DNA from: Saccostrea cucullata
Lineage: Eukaryota
NCBI RefSeq assembly: GCF_032062105.1
Contig: NW_026928842.1
Location: forward strand, 62,001 to 126,000
Direction of reading: 5' to 3'
DNA: 64,000 nt
The translations under genes were made by a program, and so were the position numbers. The notes beneath the pieces are model-generated. The model worked only from the letters and a program-made list of their open reading frames with translations. It was not told the DNA's origin and did not search any database. Of the stretch, positions 49,289 through 62,558 are shown in pieces (positions within the stretch are counted from its first letter, which is position 1; every line of letters starts with the position of its first letter).

Positions 49289-50455
49289 ATGAACGATGCA
49301 ATATCAGAATTAAGAAAACGCGGAAAGAAGAAAAGTAAAATAGAACAACTTCTCTTGGTGGACCACAGTAATATATATTTTGAAAATGAACGACTTGCAG
49401 AACGTCTCGCTAAGTTCTTGGATGAACTTCACAAAGACAAACATAGACAGGAGATGGTCCGCAACATTGAGATCCAAGAGCTCAAACGGGAAATTGACAA
49501 CCTTCAGGCAATGAAAGATGCCTCGTCAGCACAGACCAAGAAGTTCCTACAAACTCTAGAGAATTATTATACATCTAGTGCAATACCAAAACCTGAGAAG
49601 AAAACCAGACCTCACACTACTGGAAGTTACTTCAAGAAGTCACGTGCCAAATCAGAAGAGCGGGAACGGACAGAGAAACCAAAAAGCAAAACAAGAGCAG
49701 TCAGTGCCAGTAGACACGAAGAATCAGTAAGTGAAAAAGAATTCGAAAGAGCGAAGAAGCGCGAAAAACGTGCCCCTGCAGACGACACAAAAACTGATGA
49801 TCAATCCGAAGGTGACAAAAAGAGCCGTACTTTAAAATACCCAGAAGACTGGTATACAACTGTGCTACCTGCCTCTGACAATTGTTTAAAGAAAATTCGA
49901 CAACAATACAGAAGGGAGCAGACTGCTCCAACAATAACATTATCAAAACGATCAAAAAAGTCTGACAAATCTAAAGATAGTGCAAAACCTCAAACTAGTA
50001 CTGCCACTGGGCAAAGAGGTCTAAGTCGAGAAAAGACTGAAGACATGAAACAAAGATCAGGAGTAAATACGGCAGGGAACCGGAAGAATTCTGTTGCAAC
50101 GGAAGTGAGCAAGTCAGACATTGACGAAGAGATAGAGTCAAAATCCCGAATCAAAATGGTTTGCCAGCAAAAGTCAAAACCGGTGATGATGTCTTTGAGA
50201 CAAATGAGAGAGTTAACAGGAATGGACGGAAACAACGACAACATGCCAAACAAAAGGCAGGAAAGACTAGACAAACAAATACAGGAAACGAAAGTCAAAT
50301 TTCTATCGTTAACTCAGAGGGTTAAGACATTTGTTAAGGAACTGGACGAAAAAATTGCTCAAGATTTAGAAGACTCTAAACCTAAGGAGAATGAATCTCA
50401 TGACGATATGTATTCTGGAATATTGCCACCAGATCAGGACGCTGTGCCAACTTAG
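49289..50455 (+). CDS. Uncharacterised 388-aa protein: N-terminal coiled coil (weakly CCDC190-like pattern), K/R/S/T-rich disordered middle, C-terminal helix
   Basis: Long uninterrupted ORF in AT-rich DNA. Acceptor TTCTAG at 49254 upstream of the ATG at 49289, and AATAAA at ~50686 and ~50918. Family not firmly recognised. Confidence 0.75.
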   Translation: MNDAISELRKRGKKKSKIEQLLLVDHSNIYFENERLAERLAKFLDELHKDKHRQEMVRNIEIQELKREIDNLQAMKDASSAQTKKFLQTLENYYTSSAIPKPEKKTRPHTTGSYFKKSRAKSEERERTEKPKSKTRAVSASRHEESVSEKEFERAKKREKRAPADDTKTDDQSEGDKKSRTLKYPEDWYTTVLPASDNCLKKIRQQYRREQTAPTITLSKRSKKSDKSKDSAKPQTSTATGQRGLSREKTEDMKQRSGVNTAGNRKNSVATEVSKSDIDEEIESKSRIKMVCQQKSKPVMMSLRQMRELTGMDGNNDNMPNKRQERLDKQIQETKVKFLSLTQRVKTFVKELDEKIAQDLEDSKPKENESHDDMYSGILPPDQDAVPT

Positions 50456-51671
50456 GATTTCATCACATGTAGTACTCCAAAAATACCCATGTCTTTAAAA
50501 CGCCAGAATCATGTGATACTGATAATATGAAGTAATCAACAAGGGAAATAATGTTTGTTACATATTCGATATACATGTACATGTATTGAGATTTCCAGTG
50601 GATCATAATTCTGCATTTAGAATAGTGGATACATGTACATATGCCAAAAATTGTTAACGTGGTTAACATGATGTTCCTCATGTCAATAAACTTTCAGTCC
50701 GTTTTACATATTTACAAATACATGTATGTTTACTCTAAGTTTTGAATTTCATGTGCCATCCATATGTGTAGTGTTTTTGTTGGTGTATGTACGCCTTGGA
50801 TAGATGGTGATGGATATATTACAGTGTAATTAATCAATTCAAATTTACAACAAAACCTGTCACAATCGATATTTTAAAAAAATGCTTTTGATGCAACAGA
50901 TATGTATTTTGTGTTCAATAAATACCATATGTTTAAATTATTTTCCATTTTAAGAGTTGCATATATAGGTGTATATAATTTATTGGTGAATATATCACAA
51001 TATTGATAAAAACAGAATGAAATATTTATGAACATGAATTGATGTGGATTTTGATATGATGTTTCACAATGATGGATTAGTTACACATTGGGTATTATTT
51101 CTAAACTGTACAAGTTAACTCACTACAAATTTTTCTCTTATCTTCTGATTCAATTGAAATGAAATTAATGCTTAAATTAGAAATTTATTTTAACAGAATA
51201 TACCAAATAAACATTTGTTCCATACCAACAAATCTACCCACAGAGTGACATGGGTCCATTCATAGTACATGTACCTCTAGCTAGGGGATTTAAATTTTAG
51301 CGATGGTTTGAAATGATAAAAACCAAGGGTTTTTGAAATATATTAATATGTACAATAGATATGAAGGCTGATATCCAAAAAAAGAAGAAAAGAATGATGC
51401 AAGTTGAAATGTATTCACTTAAAATATTAAGAGATAACACTTTTCCTTAATCAACTTTATTAATTTAATCTATTTTAAAATGAAACATAAACATATTTCA
51501 AACCAAAACAAAAAAATATAATATTTAATATTCAACTGATTGACAAAGTATTTCATAGTCATGGAAAACAAGCAATCAAAATATTAATGAATCTTTAACT
51601 TAATTTTAGTCTGGCTTAAATAGAATTCAAAAAGAGGGTTAACAAATCAGAGATCAATCAATTCAAATGAA

Positions 51672-52088
51672 ATAAGAGATGTTTGTAAAACACTTATGTC
51701 CCCATCGGAATTTTAGAAAGTCCAAAAGGGCATAACTCTGTCAAAAATGGCGCGATCATACCCAAAACAAAACTTGACCTAGATAATCATCTGATAAATC
51801 TATAACTAAATTTCATTTCAGTATGTGCACCCTCGGCAAAGAAAATGAATGGAAACTGCAAATAATTGGAATTTTTGTAAGTTCAAGGGGCATAACTCTG
51901 TCAAAAATGGCGCGATCTTACCCAAAACAAAACTTGACCTAGATATTCATCTGATATATCTGTATACCATATCTCATTTCAGTTTGTGCAACGGTTGTGA
52001 AGAAAATGAACGGAAACTAAGTGGACCGACCGACCGACAGACAACAGCAAAGCAATATGCCCTCCCTTCTTCAAAGGGGGCCATAATA
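51672..52088 (+). mobile_element. Helentron/HINE-like element with two ~161-bp repeats
   Basis: AAGGGCATAACTCTGTCAAAAATGGCGCGATC at ~51726 and ~51887, an (ACCG/ACAG)n tract, and a 3' hairpin CCCTTCTTCAAAGGGG. Confidence 0.75.
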
Positions 52089-52612
52089 AGAGATACATAA
52101 TGTTCACCTCAAAACAGCAATAATTGCATAATATGTTTTACTGCTGCAAATGAAATGTGATGAATATCTTTGATGAAGTTTATTAACCAGTAAATACTGT
52201 TCTTATCACAGACTTTTCATCAATAACTATATAAAATACATTTTCGATTGGTAAATGATCATGCCTACATGACAATATAAGTAAAAAAATATATATATTT
52301 TAAAAAATGTGCAAAATTAATGATTTCATTAGTAAACATGAAAAATGTTGACAAATAAAAAATTAACTTTGGTATATCTTTTACTAAGTATATAATGGAT
52401 ATATAAATTATAATTAATTGCAGAGAAGAAAATGTCATGAAACTCTTGCTAGTAAGATAATCATAACAATCATGTATAACACTTATCAAATCATTCTATT
52501 GCAATTCCCTTATGTACATTTCATGTCACTCTATCACAGTTAGTAATAAAAAAGAAAGAAGTTAATAACTTTAAAAAAATTGAAGTTGAGCATGCAGTGT
52601 ACCTTTGCTGGA

Positions 52613-55600
52613 TTAGAGATCTCTTAATTTGTAGGAGACAAGGAATGGCTCTGAAGGTTGCTGTGTGCCTACGACATGCTTCATGCTCTGTTAAAAACAA
52701 ATGAAAATGTCACTAAAAAACGGTCTGTAGAAAAAAAATGCAAAAATAACAAAAAGTTTAATATACATGTATTTCACATATTATTGTAGAAATATTTACA
52801 AAACAAAACGCAGGACCCTCAAAAGTTTTACACTTCATTATATTTATGTTTTGCTTTTTCTTTTTTAAAAAAGTTAAGTCCCAAAGATTTCGTTTTGGAT
52901 TTTAGAATTTTTTTTATTGAATGTAAAGATTATAAGCAATGCTCACAGGTTTAGGAATGTTCTCCGACAAAACATTGACATCAAACTTATAGAGATATAG
53001 GGCAACGAACATCTGTAACTCCATCTGGGCATACCATCTGCAGAAACATCAAGTTTTATATCGTACTAAGTGAACTGTTGCTTTATTTTAAAATATAACA
53101 TTACAGTTATAATATGTGACTTTTTATACATAAATTAGACATAGACAGACAATAGATATAGGCAGACCTCCCAGGACATTGGTAACGCCCACCACCGAAG
53201 GCAATAAAACCATCCAAGAACAAATTCTTCTCCAGCTCTGTAGTCTGCCAGCGGTCCTTTAATTAATAAATTTATGACATTTAATATTTCAAGCACTAAC
53301 GGTTCTTTTCCTTCACTTGAAACTTATTATCTAAGAGCAATCTTGAAGTTATATCTATGTAGTTATAGCAATGTGTGATCTTACAGGATTCTATCAAAGC
53401 TATAGAATTCCTAAGTTGGAGTTAGGATGACTTTTTCTGTAAGTTAATCTGAGTGAGAATTTCATTCATAGTTATTGAATTCTTTAAGTTGATCTGATTA
53501 CAATATTCTATCATAGTTATGAAATTCTGAAGTTGATCTGAGTTATACATTCTATCATAGTTATAGAATTCTGAAGTTGATTTGAATATAACATTCTATC
53601 ATAGTTATAGAATTCTGGGGCCCGCTTTATAAAAGAACTTACGACTAAGACCAAAAACTTCAGATTATTGTGAAATTTTGCAAAATTAATAATTCTCTTT
53701 GAAATTGTTTGTGTAAAAATATCTTACCATATTCCTTTTAAAAAGTTAAAAATAATGTTCGATATAATGTTAATTAAAAAATTATATGAAGAATCAAATT
53801 TGGTCATAAGTCATAGGTCCTTTTGTAAAACGGGCCCCTGAAGTTGATTTGAGTATAACATTCTATCATAGTTATAGAATTTTGAAGTTGATTTGAGTGT
53901 GTCATTCTATCATAGTTATAGAATTCTGTTTGTTGATTTGAGTGTGCCATTCTATCATAGTTATAGAATTCTGAAGTTGATTTGAGTGTGTCATTCTATC
54001 ATAGTTATAGAATTCTGAAGTTGATTTGAGTTTAACATTCTATCATAGTTATAGAATTCTGAAGTTGATTTGAGTGTGTCATTCTATCATAGTTATAGAA
54101 TTCTGAAGTTGATCTGAATGTGTGTTATAAATTGAAGTTAATTTGAGTATAACATTCTATCATAGTTATAGAATTCTGACTTTCTATTATAGTATGATTC
54201 TGAAGTTGATTTCAGCATAACATTCTATCATAGATAAAGAATTCTGTTTGTTGATATGAGTGTGACATTTTACCATAGTTTTAGAATTCTGAAGTTGATG
54301 TGAGTGTGACATTATATAAATATTGCATGTAGTTCTATTATAGTTATAGAATTCTGAAGTTGATTTCAGCATAACATTCTATCATAGATAAAGAATTCTG
54401 TTTGTTGATATGAGTGTGACATTTTATCATAGTTTTAGAATTCTGAAGTTGATCTGAGTGTGACATTATATAAATATTGCATGTAGTTGTAACATTGAAA
54501 ATTTTCACCCCAAGAAAACCATTGTCAACCGAGGCACAGCTGAGGTTGACAATGGTTTTCGAGGGGTGAGAATTTTCAATGTTACACTCAACTACATGCA
54601 ATATTTATTACATTATACTGAATGTTTTATACAAATACATATAACAGTGAACCGTGCATGCATAAATTCTGCGCAGTCGCTATTTTTTGGAATATCACCC
54701 GTCATCAAGCAATGTTGACTGTTGCTACGCTGGAGGGCGTTGCTTCATTATTCAGTGGGTAAGACAGTGAAGTGGTGACTTCTATTGTTCTATTGCCTCA
54801 GATCTTTCACTTTTCATACCCATTTCACACATATCCGCGTTTACCATGGGGGGTCTGCGTTTCCCAAGCGGGGTCCATGGTAACTTTTTTCTTGTTTTAG
54901 TATATACTTTTTTTAACCTGGTAAATTACAGGGGGGGGGGGGGGGGTCCTGCCTCTAGATCCGGGCATGGTAAAATTCTGAAGTTGATGAATGTGTCATT
55001 CTATCATAGTTATAGAATTCTGAAGTTGATCTGAGTGTGTCATTCTATCATAGTTATAGAATTCTGAAGTTGATTTGAGTTTAACATTCTATCATAGTTA
55101 TAGAATTCTGAAGTTGATGAATGTGTCATTCTATCATAGTTATAGAATTCTGAAGTTGATCTGAGTGTGTCATTCTATCATAGTTATAGAATTCTGAAGT
55201 TTATTTGAGTGTGTCATTCTATCATAGTTATAGAATTCTGAAGTTGATTTGAGTGTGTCATTCTAACATGGTTATAGAATTCTGAAGTTGATCTGAGTGT
55301 TACATTTTATCATAGTTATAAAATTCTGTTTGTTGATTTGAGTATGCCATTCTATCATAGTTATAGAATTCTGAAGTTGATTTTGAGTGTGCCATTCTAT
55401 CATAGTTATAGAATTCTGAAGTTGATTTTGAGTGTGCCATTCTATCATAGTTATAGAATTCTGAAGTTGATTTGAGTGTGCCATTCTATCATAGTTATAG
55501 AATTCTGAAGTTGATTTGAGTGAGTCATTCTATCATAGTTATAGAATTCTGAAGTTGATTTGAGTGAGTCATTCTATCATAGTTATAGAATTCTGAAGTT

Positions 55601-58600
55601 GATCTGAGTGTGTCATTCTATCATAGTTATAGAATTCTGAAGTTGATTTGAGTGTGTCATTCTATCATAGTTATAGAATTCTGAAGTTGATCTGAATGTG
55701 TCATTTTATCATAGTTATAGAATTCTGAAGTTAATTTGAGTATAACATTCTATCATAGTTATAGAATTCTGTTAGTTGATATGAGTGTGACTTTCTATTA
55801 TAGTTATAGAATTCTGAAGTTGATTTCAGCATAACATTCTATCATAGATAAAGAATTCTGTTTGTTGATATGAGTGTGACATTTTATCATAGTTTTAGAA
55901 TTCTGAAGTTGATCTGAGTGTGACATTATATCAGAACTTCATCAATTATTCTGTAGGTTGGTCTGAGTAGGACATTCTTTCACTCAAGCCTATAGCAATT
56001 ATTTAAAAGGAAGGGGGAGGGGGTATTCTCCCAAAAAAGAAAAGAACAACAAGCAAAAACATTTTGAAAAGTAAACTGTCTACACTATACTCAGAAAATT
56101 CCCCCCCTCCTCGTTCTATGGGTTTGTCTTTATAACTATACGGTGAACTTGGAGAAACGTTCTTACTGGATTAAATGTATGTGGGTGGGGGAAATATTTT
56201 GGGTCCCTGTGACTCCAGTATGGAGAAACCATCAGCATGTCTCCTTTAGGTATCGTGTAATCCTGCAAAACAAAAATAATATAAATTGTAAAGCACAATA
56301 TTTGTCCCGTTTATAATATTAAAATAGACATGTGAATCCTCATAAAAAATATCACAAGTTTATTAAAAAGATTTAATTGATAACAGAAAAAATACAGAAT
56401 TTTTATGCACTTTGATTCCTGGTAAAGCATCTTTACTGATAGAAGATGACTGATTTTTAAGATCTAAAGATAAAAATTTACGAAAATCCCCTGACCCTGA
56501 CAGTAAATGATGTCATGACTCTGCGTGTTATAACTCCTACAGGGTGTAAACGTACTGCCTCCAATATACAACTCCTCAAATACGGCATCTTTCTCAGAAA
56601 ATCCTCGTTAAACTCCCATTGGTCCTCTGTCAAGGTTATTAACTTTTTTAAATACATACAGTCAAACTTAACAGGAGAGAAATTTAACTTTGAGATATTC
56701 AAAAATTCAAGATATGTAATGAGGGGAGCAACATAAAGAAATGGTGGTTGAGACTACAGTGTATTAACTAACTTTGACTTATCCCTTACATTTAAAATAG
56801 TGTTTCAGATAATGAAATTCAACTGAGTGTAATAATCAAAGAATTATTTTTAATTCAATTGATAAAAATGCACCTTTTTAATATGGGACCTTTCATTATT
56901 GCCTCCATTATACTCAGTTGCATGCACGGAGAGCAGTCAGAGCACATCCTTCACTGTGGAAAATGGTAGTTTTTTTTATAATCACTTTTTTTTTTGGGGG
57001 GGGGGGGGTTGAATTGGGCTGAATTGTATGTATCATCAGAATTTTTATGCATACATGTCTGTTTGTACTATTGAAATTATACTAATTCTTAATCTCATTC
57101 TTTAACACATACTTCTTGTTTCTCTTTTGAAAATTTGCTAAATTATGTTATACATTGCAGCAAATATTAATGTTACTTACAGCTAAAACTCTCACATAAC
57201 AGGCTGAATTACGGTATAATAAAACATGACTGATAACATCGCAGAGGCAAGTGGTTGATGATTCAGTACGTTCCTCTCTCGATGGTGAATAACTGATTCA
57301 CAATCTTAATGACTGTATACTGGCAAATAATTTGTTTATCTAAATTTGATTACACTTGTCTCTGCCAAGAAAACATGTTTTTCTTGTGTTTTAAAGTCGT
57401 TGCAACAAAATCAAATAACACAGAATTAGATAAAAATCTTGTTAGCTTCAGAGCCTAGCTTGCTTTACATTTGAAGAATCTAACATCTGTTGTATCAGAA
57501 TTAATTAAAAACATTTCATTTTATTATTTATTTCATTTTTGGCTGCCAGAGATGAAATCACATGACCTTGACAATATTTTTATAAGTTAATTTTTAAGAT
57601 TTATTTTTCTGAATTTTTCGGAAGCATCATTTGATGCATAAAATTCAGTGTGTCATTTGATAAGAACTTTCATAAAAATTTCTTTGAAATCGGAGATATC
57701 TTGTAAAGGAAATGAAATCATCCAAAAACAACCTTCATCTTACTTATTTTATTTTTATATTGCAGCCTTTCATTCATCAGTGTCTAACATATGGCTTAAA
57801 TTCATAATCTGAGAAAAAAAAATTAAATAAAATCTCGAAATATATATATTTGTCCTCTTCCCTTGACAGCAAATAAACAAAACTAATACAGATAAACATA
57901 GATATATCATCATCTATTTTAATTCTGATAATCTCTACATCATACTCAGAAAACCTTTTTTCCAGAGCCTGGGAAAGGTTTTCTTATCTCGGCTGTCATT
58001 TCAGAAGTTTTGTAAACATTTTTTAAAGCTTTTTTATATCATTAAAAATTGAGCTAAAGATCATCTGATTTTAGGTCACCCAGTGCTAAAATATCTTTAG
58101 TGTAACAAGTCATAAGAATGTGTGGTGGGGCAAAATTATTTAAAAACTCAATTAAGTGCAAGGAAATATACATTAAGGAAGTAACATTTTAAAACTTTTC
58201 ACAGATAACTCCAATTGCATCTTCTGGCCTTTTTGGCAAGCTCAGAGAAAATACTTCAAATGTATTGACATCACTAGATTTTAAAAATTTAGTCACTTCC
58301 AAGTTCCTACTGGGTATTTAGTAATTTATTGGATAGACAGAGTTGGATGTCTTTTTTGTAGAAATTTAGGTCTTTACATTCAAAATTAAATTCCCTGTTA
58401 TACAGATAAAAGGCCTCTCTACATTTATTTCAAAGTTTAAGAGAAGGGGGGGGGCATCATGGCTGCCTATGTAACACATTCAAATTTGTTTTTCCAGAAG
58501 TTGCGGTTGAGATAACAGAAAACAGTGACCTAACTATAGGCAACACATGTCATAATTTTTCTATCCAATCAGAATTATATGCTAATATTTCAATTTCTAA

Positions 58601-61600
58601 GTTTTTTTTCTCTGTGATAACTCTTTGAAAGTGTGCAGAGTTGATTTCTTGATAATTCTACCGGAATGTTAATTAGGCAGGTTGATATGCCTAATACACA
58701 TGCAAATCTCAGGCAACTGCTTTTGTGTTTGACGTCAGTGGGCGTGGGAGTCCTCATGTAATTTAAATCTATGTCTACATATTTAAAGTCTAAGTCTACA
58801 ACTTTATTTCACAATGAAATGGAAATATACGGAACCACTGTCTAGCTAGTATAATAGTATATGCCAGGGACATTAACTATAGTGGGAAACATGGGATAAT
58901 TCATGCATAACGGGCGAAGGCCATTATGCAAATGATCCCATGTTTCCCACTATTGTTGATGCCCTCCAGGCATACTATACTAACTAGACAGTGAATCCTT
59001 AAATAAATTTCTACGATAGCATATTGTTTACTAGAATTCACTATCCAGTATCTACTAAATTTTTTGTGTTCATGTCTTCTAAATACATTAAGGATCAAGG
59101 TCTGTGTAAACCTGGAATAAGTGTGTCAAAACCAAAAACTTGTTAATGAATAGGCACAGAGCCCAAAATGTCAGCTACGAAAAAAAACAAACAAACAAAT
59201 AAATAACCATCTGGCTCACGTGATTAAAAAAAAAATCTGAAGAGAAGTGTAAATAAAGATTGACTTACAGGGACAGCATTAGCCAGCGAGGCCCATAGAA
59301 GCAGAAGAGCGTAATTCGGAGCATGAGGTCGGTCTGTGATGCTGATCAGTGTCTGTAAAACTGTCTGAAAAACATAAATATAATGGTCATTTGTAACTGA
59401 ACTATCTCGAAAAAATAGTTTATGGTGCTTTAGCTCAGATTTTGAGAAAGATTTTTAAGGGGATACATTAAATGTGCAGCAACAGTTCATAAAATACTGC
59501 TGAAAAACTGATTTCTGAAGGGACAAATACCTTCCTTATTTACATAAAAATACTAACAATTTCATTTAAAGTATTTTTTTCCATCGGGTATTCTTAAATA
59601 TTTAAATTTTTTCTGCATAATGCATGCATAAATACTTTTCATGATATGTAACATTAAATTTTTTGTAGACCACCAAATGAAATTAACCCAGTTAGATAAG
59701 GCAGTAGAAAGAGTGAATGGGTATTATTTTTTCTCCTCCACAACCCCCCCCCCCCCCCCCCCCACACACATATTTACTTAATGCTTCATTAGATGACAGT
59801 TATTAGCCTCTTCCAACAGTATTTAAAAATGAATTTTTTTTACTTTCCTTGGCCACAGCAGGAATATAACAAATTCCTAGAATCAACTATTTTATCTGTA
59901 CCTGATCATTGTTTTTTCCTTGACTCTCTAACTTGGTCACTACTCCTCTGAACTTAGACAGAAGATACTGTTTTGCTGTAGACCAGTCTCTGTTACCAAT
60001 CAATGGAAAAAAAATAATTTTATAAAAAACACCTCTAGGCCTCAATATATGATGCATAAATGTGTGTGTTTCAGTGGCTGGGAAAATACAAGTTTAGATT
60101 TTTTCAAAGAACTGACTTTACACTTTGTAATTCTCTGGATTGTAACAGGGCTAGTCAGAAAATCTTCTTTAATACTTGGCAACAACAAAATAAGGAACTC
60201 ATTACCAGTTTTAATTTATCAGCTTAAAAATTATCATTTCAAAGCCCAATTCCTCTTTCACCTTCCCCCCTTTCCAAAATAAATAAATAAATATAAAAAA
60301 GAAAAATTTTTAACTTGGTGAAGAAAATTGTGTAATATATCACACTGTCACAAGGGAGATAAATCTGGTATACATTTGCATTACAACATTAATTCAAAAT
60401 CTATGTGTGCATGAACACTTCGTAGGAGTGCAAAGATTAAAAATAAAGTATGTACCGACCGATATTCATTATAACAAAACTTAAATAATAGTCTCTTATA
60501 ATAAACATTTGAACTCTGATGTATTATATGGTAAGAGTTCTTGCCACCTACTCATAGTGACTGAAATTATTTTCATTTCAAGGAATATATACAACAACAT
60601 CAGTGATAGTGTTTGTACCTGATAAACATTGGAGGTAATCTTGCTCCATATTCAAACTGTTCATCAAATATAATAAAATGTTTACACAGCCTTTCAAATT
60701 CCTGAAAAAAAAAATCTCAAAACATTAGCAAGAGTTGTAGAGACCTGTACTTCAATTAATTATAAGAATTAACTTAAGCATATATTGTAGAGTTTTACCT
60801 CTGAATTCTCTATAGGAAGAGTATTATCACCAAACAAATTATTTATAACACCACCATACATAGTTTTCCTGACTAAATCGAACAAATCACCTTCCCCTGA
60901 AATTGTTAAAAAAAATTATTGTTAGTATATATAAACAAGCCCCTCCCCCTTCTCCAAAATAAATTTTCTGACCAATATTAATTTTACCTTCTGGACCAAA
61001 CACGCTGAGTATTCTCTCTTTAAACTGCTGATGTAAATGAGGTGTGACCTCACTCAGACGTGAAGAGGCTAGTCGTCCCTTCAACATATCATGAATCTTG
61101 GTGTGGTTCTGCATGAAAGACTCCTCACTGATAGAGGCTAGAATAATGAATATTTTGTTTTGATTTTTAAAAAGAAATTAAATTTTTATGTGTGATGGTA
61201 AACTCTTTTAAACGCATACTGTAGCTACAAACTAAGGTATCCAAATTGTAAACTTACTAATATGCACATGTTCCTGTTCTCAACTCAAAATTTTGAAGAA
61301 GAAAATTAAACATTATCAACAGTATTGGTGATGCATTTGGCTCTTTACTGCCTAGAGCTCACTACATATAGATACACATACCCACGTTCTGTACTGGGTC
61401 CTGTACCGCTCTCTGGAAGTCCACATTAGAAGACTGAAAGAAATGATGGAAATCCTCATTCTCTGTCAGAAAAGTCAGTCTCTCTCCTGCCACACTGAGT
61501 GTGAATATAGGACCAAGCTGTTGGAGATAAAGTTATATCATAGGCCTTTAGATCGCTTAGAAAAAAAAAATTGAGGTGTTGAAAAATTTTTTTTTTTTTT

Positions 61601-62442
61601 TTTACACACAATTTTTTTTTTCAAGCGATCCAAAAGCCTGTGAGTTATATATACATTTAGCTGTAATCCACAATGGTTCGTGTGGCGGTATTTAGGGAAA
61701 TGTGTTGTATAAAGCAAACAAACTCATATCAATTATTGAAATAAAACCCATGAAGAAATAAATTTCTGGGTCATGGGTATGTGCAAAATCCAACAAAAAT
61801 TTAACATCCTTTACAAGTTTAAATATTAACGTTCAAGGCTCAATATCCATGGACTGGTGTTTTTATACTATATTCAGAAAGCTAGCTTAATTCTTTATGT
61901 TCAAAAGTCTTGAATTTAACAGCACGCATTTATATATTAATACAAATAATTAAGTACAAGTGAAAAATAATTTCTTCCCTTTAATAAAAAGAAAATAGGA
62001 TGTTCCTTATTTAGTTTACCTGTAAAGAAAGACTTTGGTTATGTTTACATCTAGGAGTGATAAACGAGTTATCTCCCTTGAAACGCAATGCATGTGTATT
62101 TTGCATGTTTACATCCCCAAATCAAGTATAAGCACCAGTGTCACGTCGAGTTGAAATATTTGGAGATAAATATGAAATGTTCTTCTCAAATATGTCTAAT
62201 GATTATTCCTGTACCGGATAGTTTAAAGTACAAACCTCCCTCCTCTTTTTCTCTATGAAAGCTAATGGTGCTATCCCAAACTCAAAAGCACATCCTAACC
62301 ATGGAATCCAACCTTCATACGATGGCGGGTATTTGTTATTTTGCAGTCTTTTCCTATATAAAAAGAAGTAAATAATCGAGAGAGCAAGAATTAATGAAGT
62401 TAAAAGTGTCGCAGGTTCAAGCGAAAGTGAAAGCACTTCCAT
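52613..62442 (-). CDS. CYP39A1: Cytochrome P450, CYP39A1-like (24-hydroxycholesterol 7-alpha-hydroxylase family), 13 exons; exon 8 anomalous
   Basis: Exons 62236-62442, 61382-61517, 60988-61137, 60799-60896, 60619-60701, 59902-59989, 59269-59364, ~59088-59174, 56496-56626, 56167-56262, 53168-53256, 52947-53037 and 52613-52687. Motifs: N-terminal TM + GWIPWLGCA, FEYG, LLWASLANAVP, EAVRL (ExxR), heme FGGGRYQCPGR and HVVGTQQP. Confidence 0.88.
53618..53837. mobile_element. PIF/Harbinger-like MITE
   Basis: TIRs GGGCCCGCTTTATAAAA / TTTTGTAAAACGGGCCC with a 3-bp CTG duplication, splitting a minisatellite unit. Confidence 0.75.
54471..54607. repeat. 137-bp hairpin at the end of a repeat-element fragment
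   Basis: TAAATATTGCATGTAGTTG..AACATTGAAAATT.TCACCCC..GAAAACCATTGTCAACC, a loop, then GGTTGACAATGGTTTTC..GGGGTGA.AATTTTCAATGTT..CAACTACATGCAATATTTA. Confidence 0.8.
61532..61650. mobile_element. Small hairpin MITE remnant in CYP intron 1
   Basis: AGGCCTTTAGATCGCTT.GAAAAA vs TTTTTCAAGCGATCCAAAAGCCT inverted arms. Confidence 0.45.
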
Positions 62443-62558
62443 GTTCGGTGAACTGTTTGTCCGAGGAGTTCCAAAGGGCACCTGACAATGACCTTCACCT
62501 TGTAACAACGTGAAGCTCTTCAACGAGATACGACAGATCGATTTAGAAAGAAGTCAAA
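62443..62558. promoter_or_regulatory. Putative bidirectional promoter / overlapping 5' UTRs of CYP39A1-like and OSCP1
   Basis: The divergent start codons are only 116 bp apart. Confidence 0.6.

Larger units (their letters stand above)
53330..55960. repeat. 44-bp minisatellite array inside a CYP39A1-like intron
   Basis: Unit CATTCTATCATAGTTATAGAATTCTGAAGTTGATTTGAGTGTGT in dozens of copies, degenerate at the edges, interrupted at 53618-53837 and ~54466-54975. Confidence 0.95.

Noticed and set aside
53330-55960. CRISPR-like appearance of the 44-bp partly palindromic repeat
   Set aside because: Units are head-to-tail with no unique spacers, there are no cas genes, and it lies in a eukaryotic intron. 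ORFs 54187-54601 and 55272-55484 are repeat artefacts.
56873-56955. Possible missing half of CYP exon 8 (MEAIMKG resembling KAIMEG)
   Set aside because: That frame has a TGA right at the acceptor, the donor phase does not fit, and the similarity is short enough to be chance.
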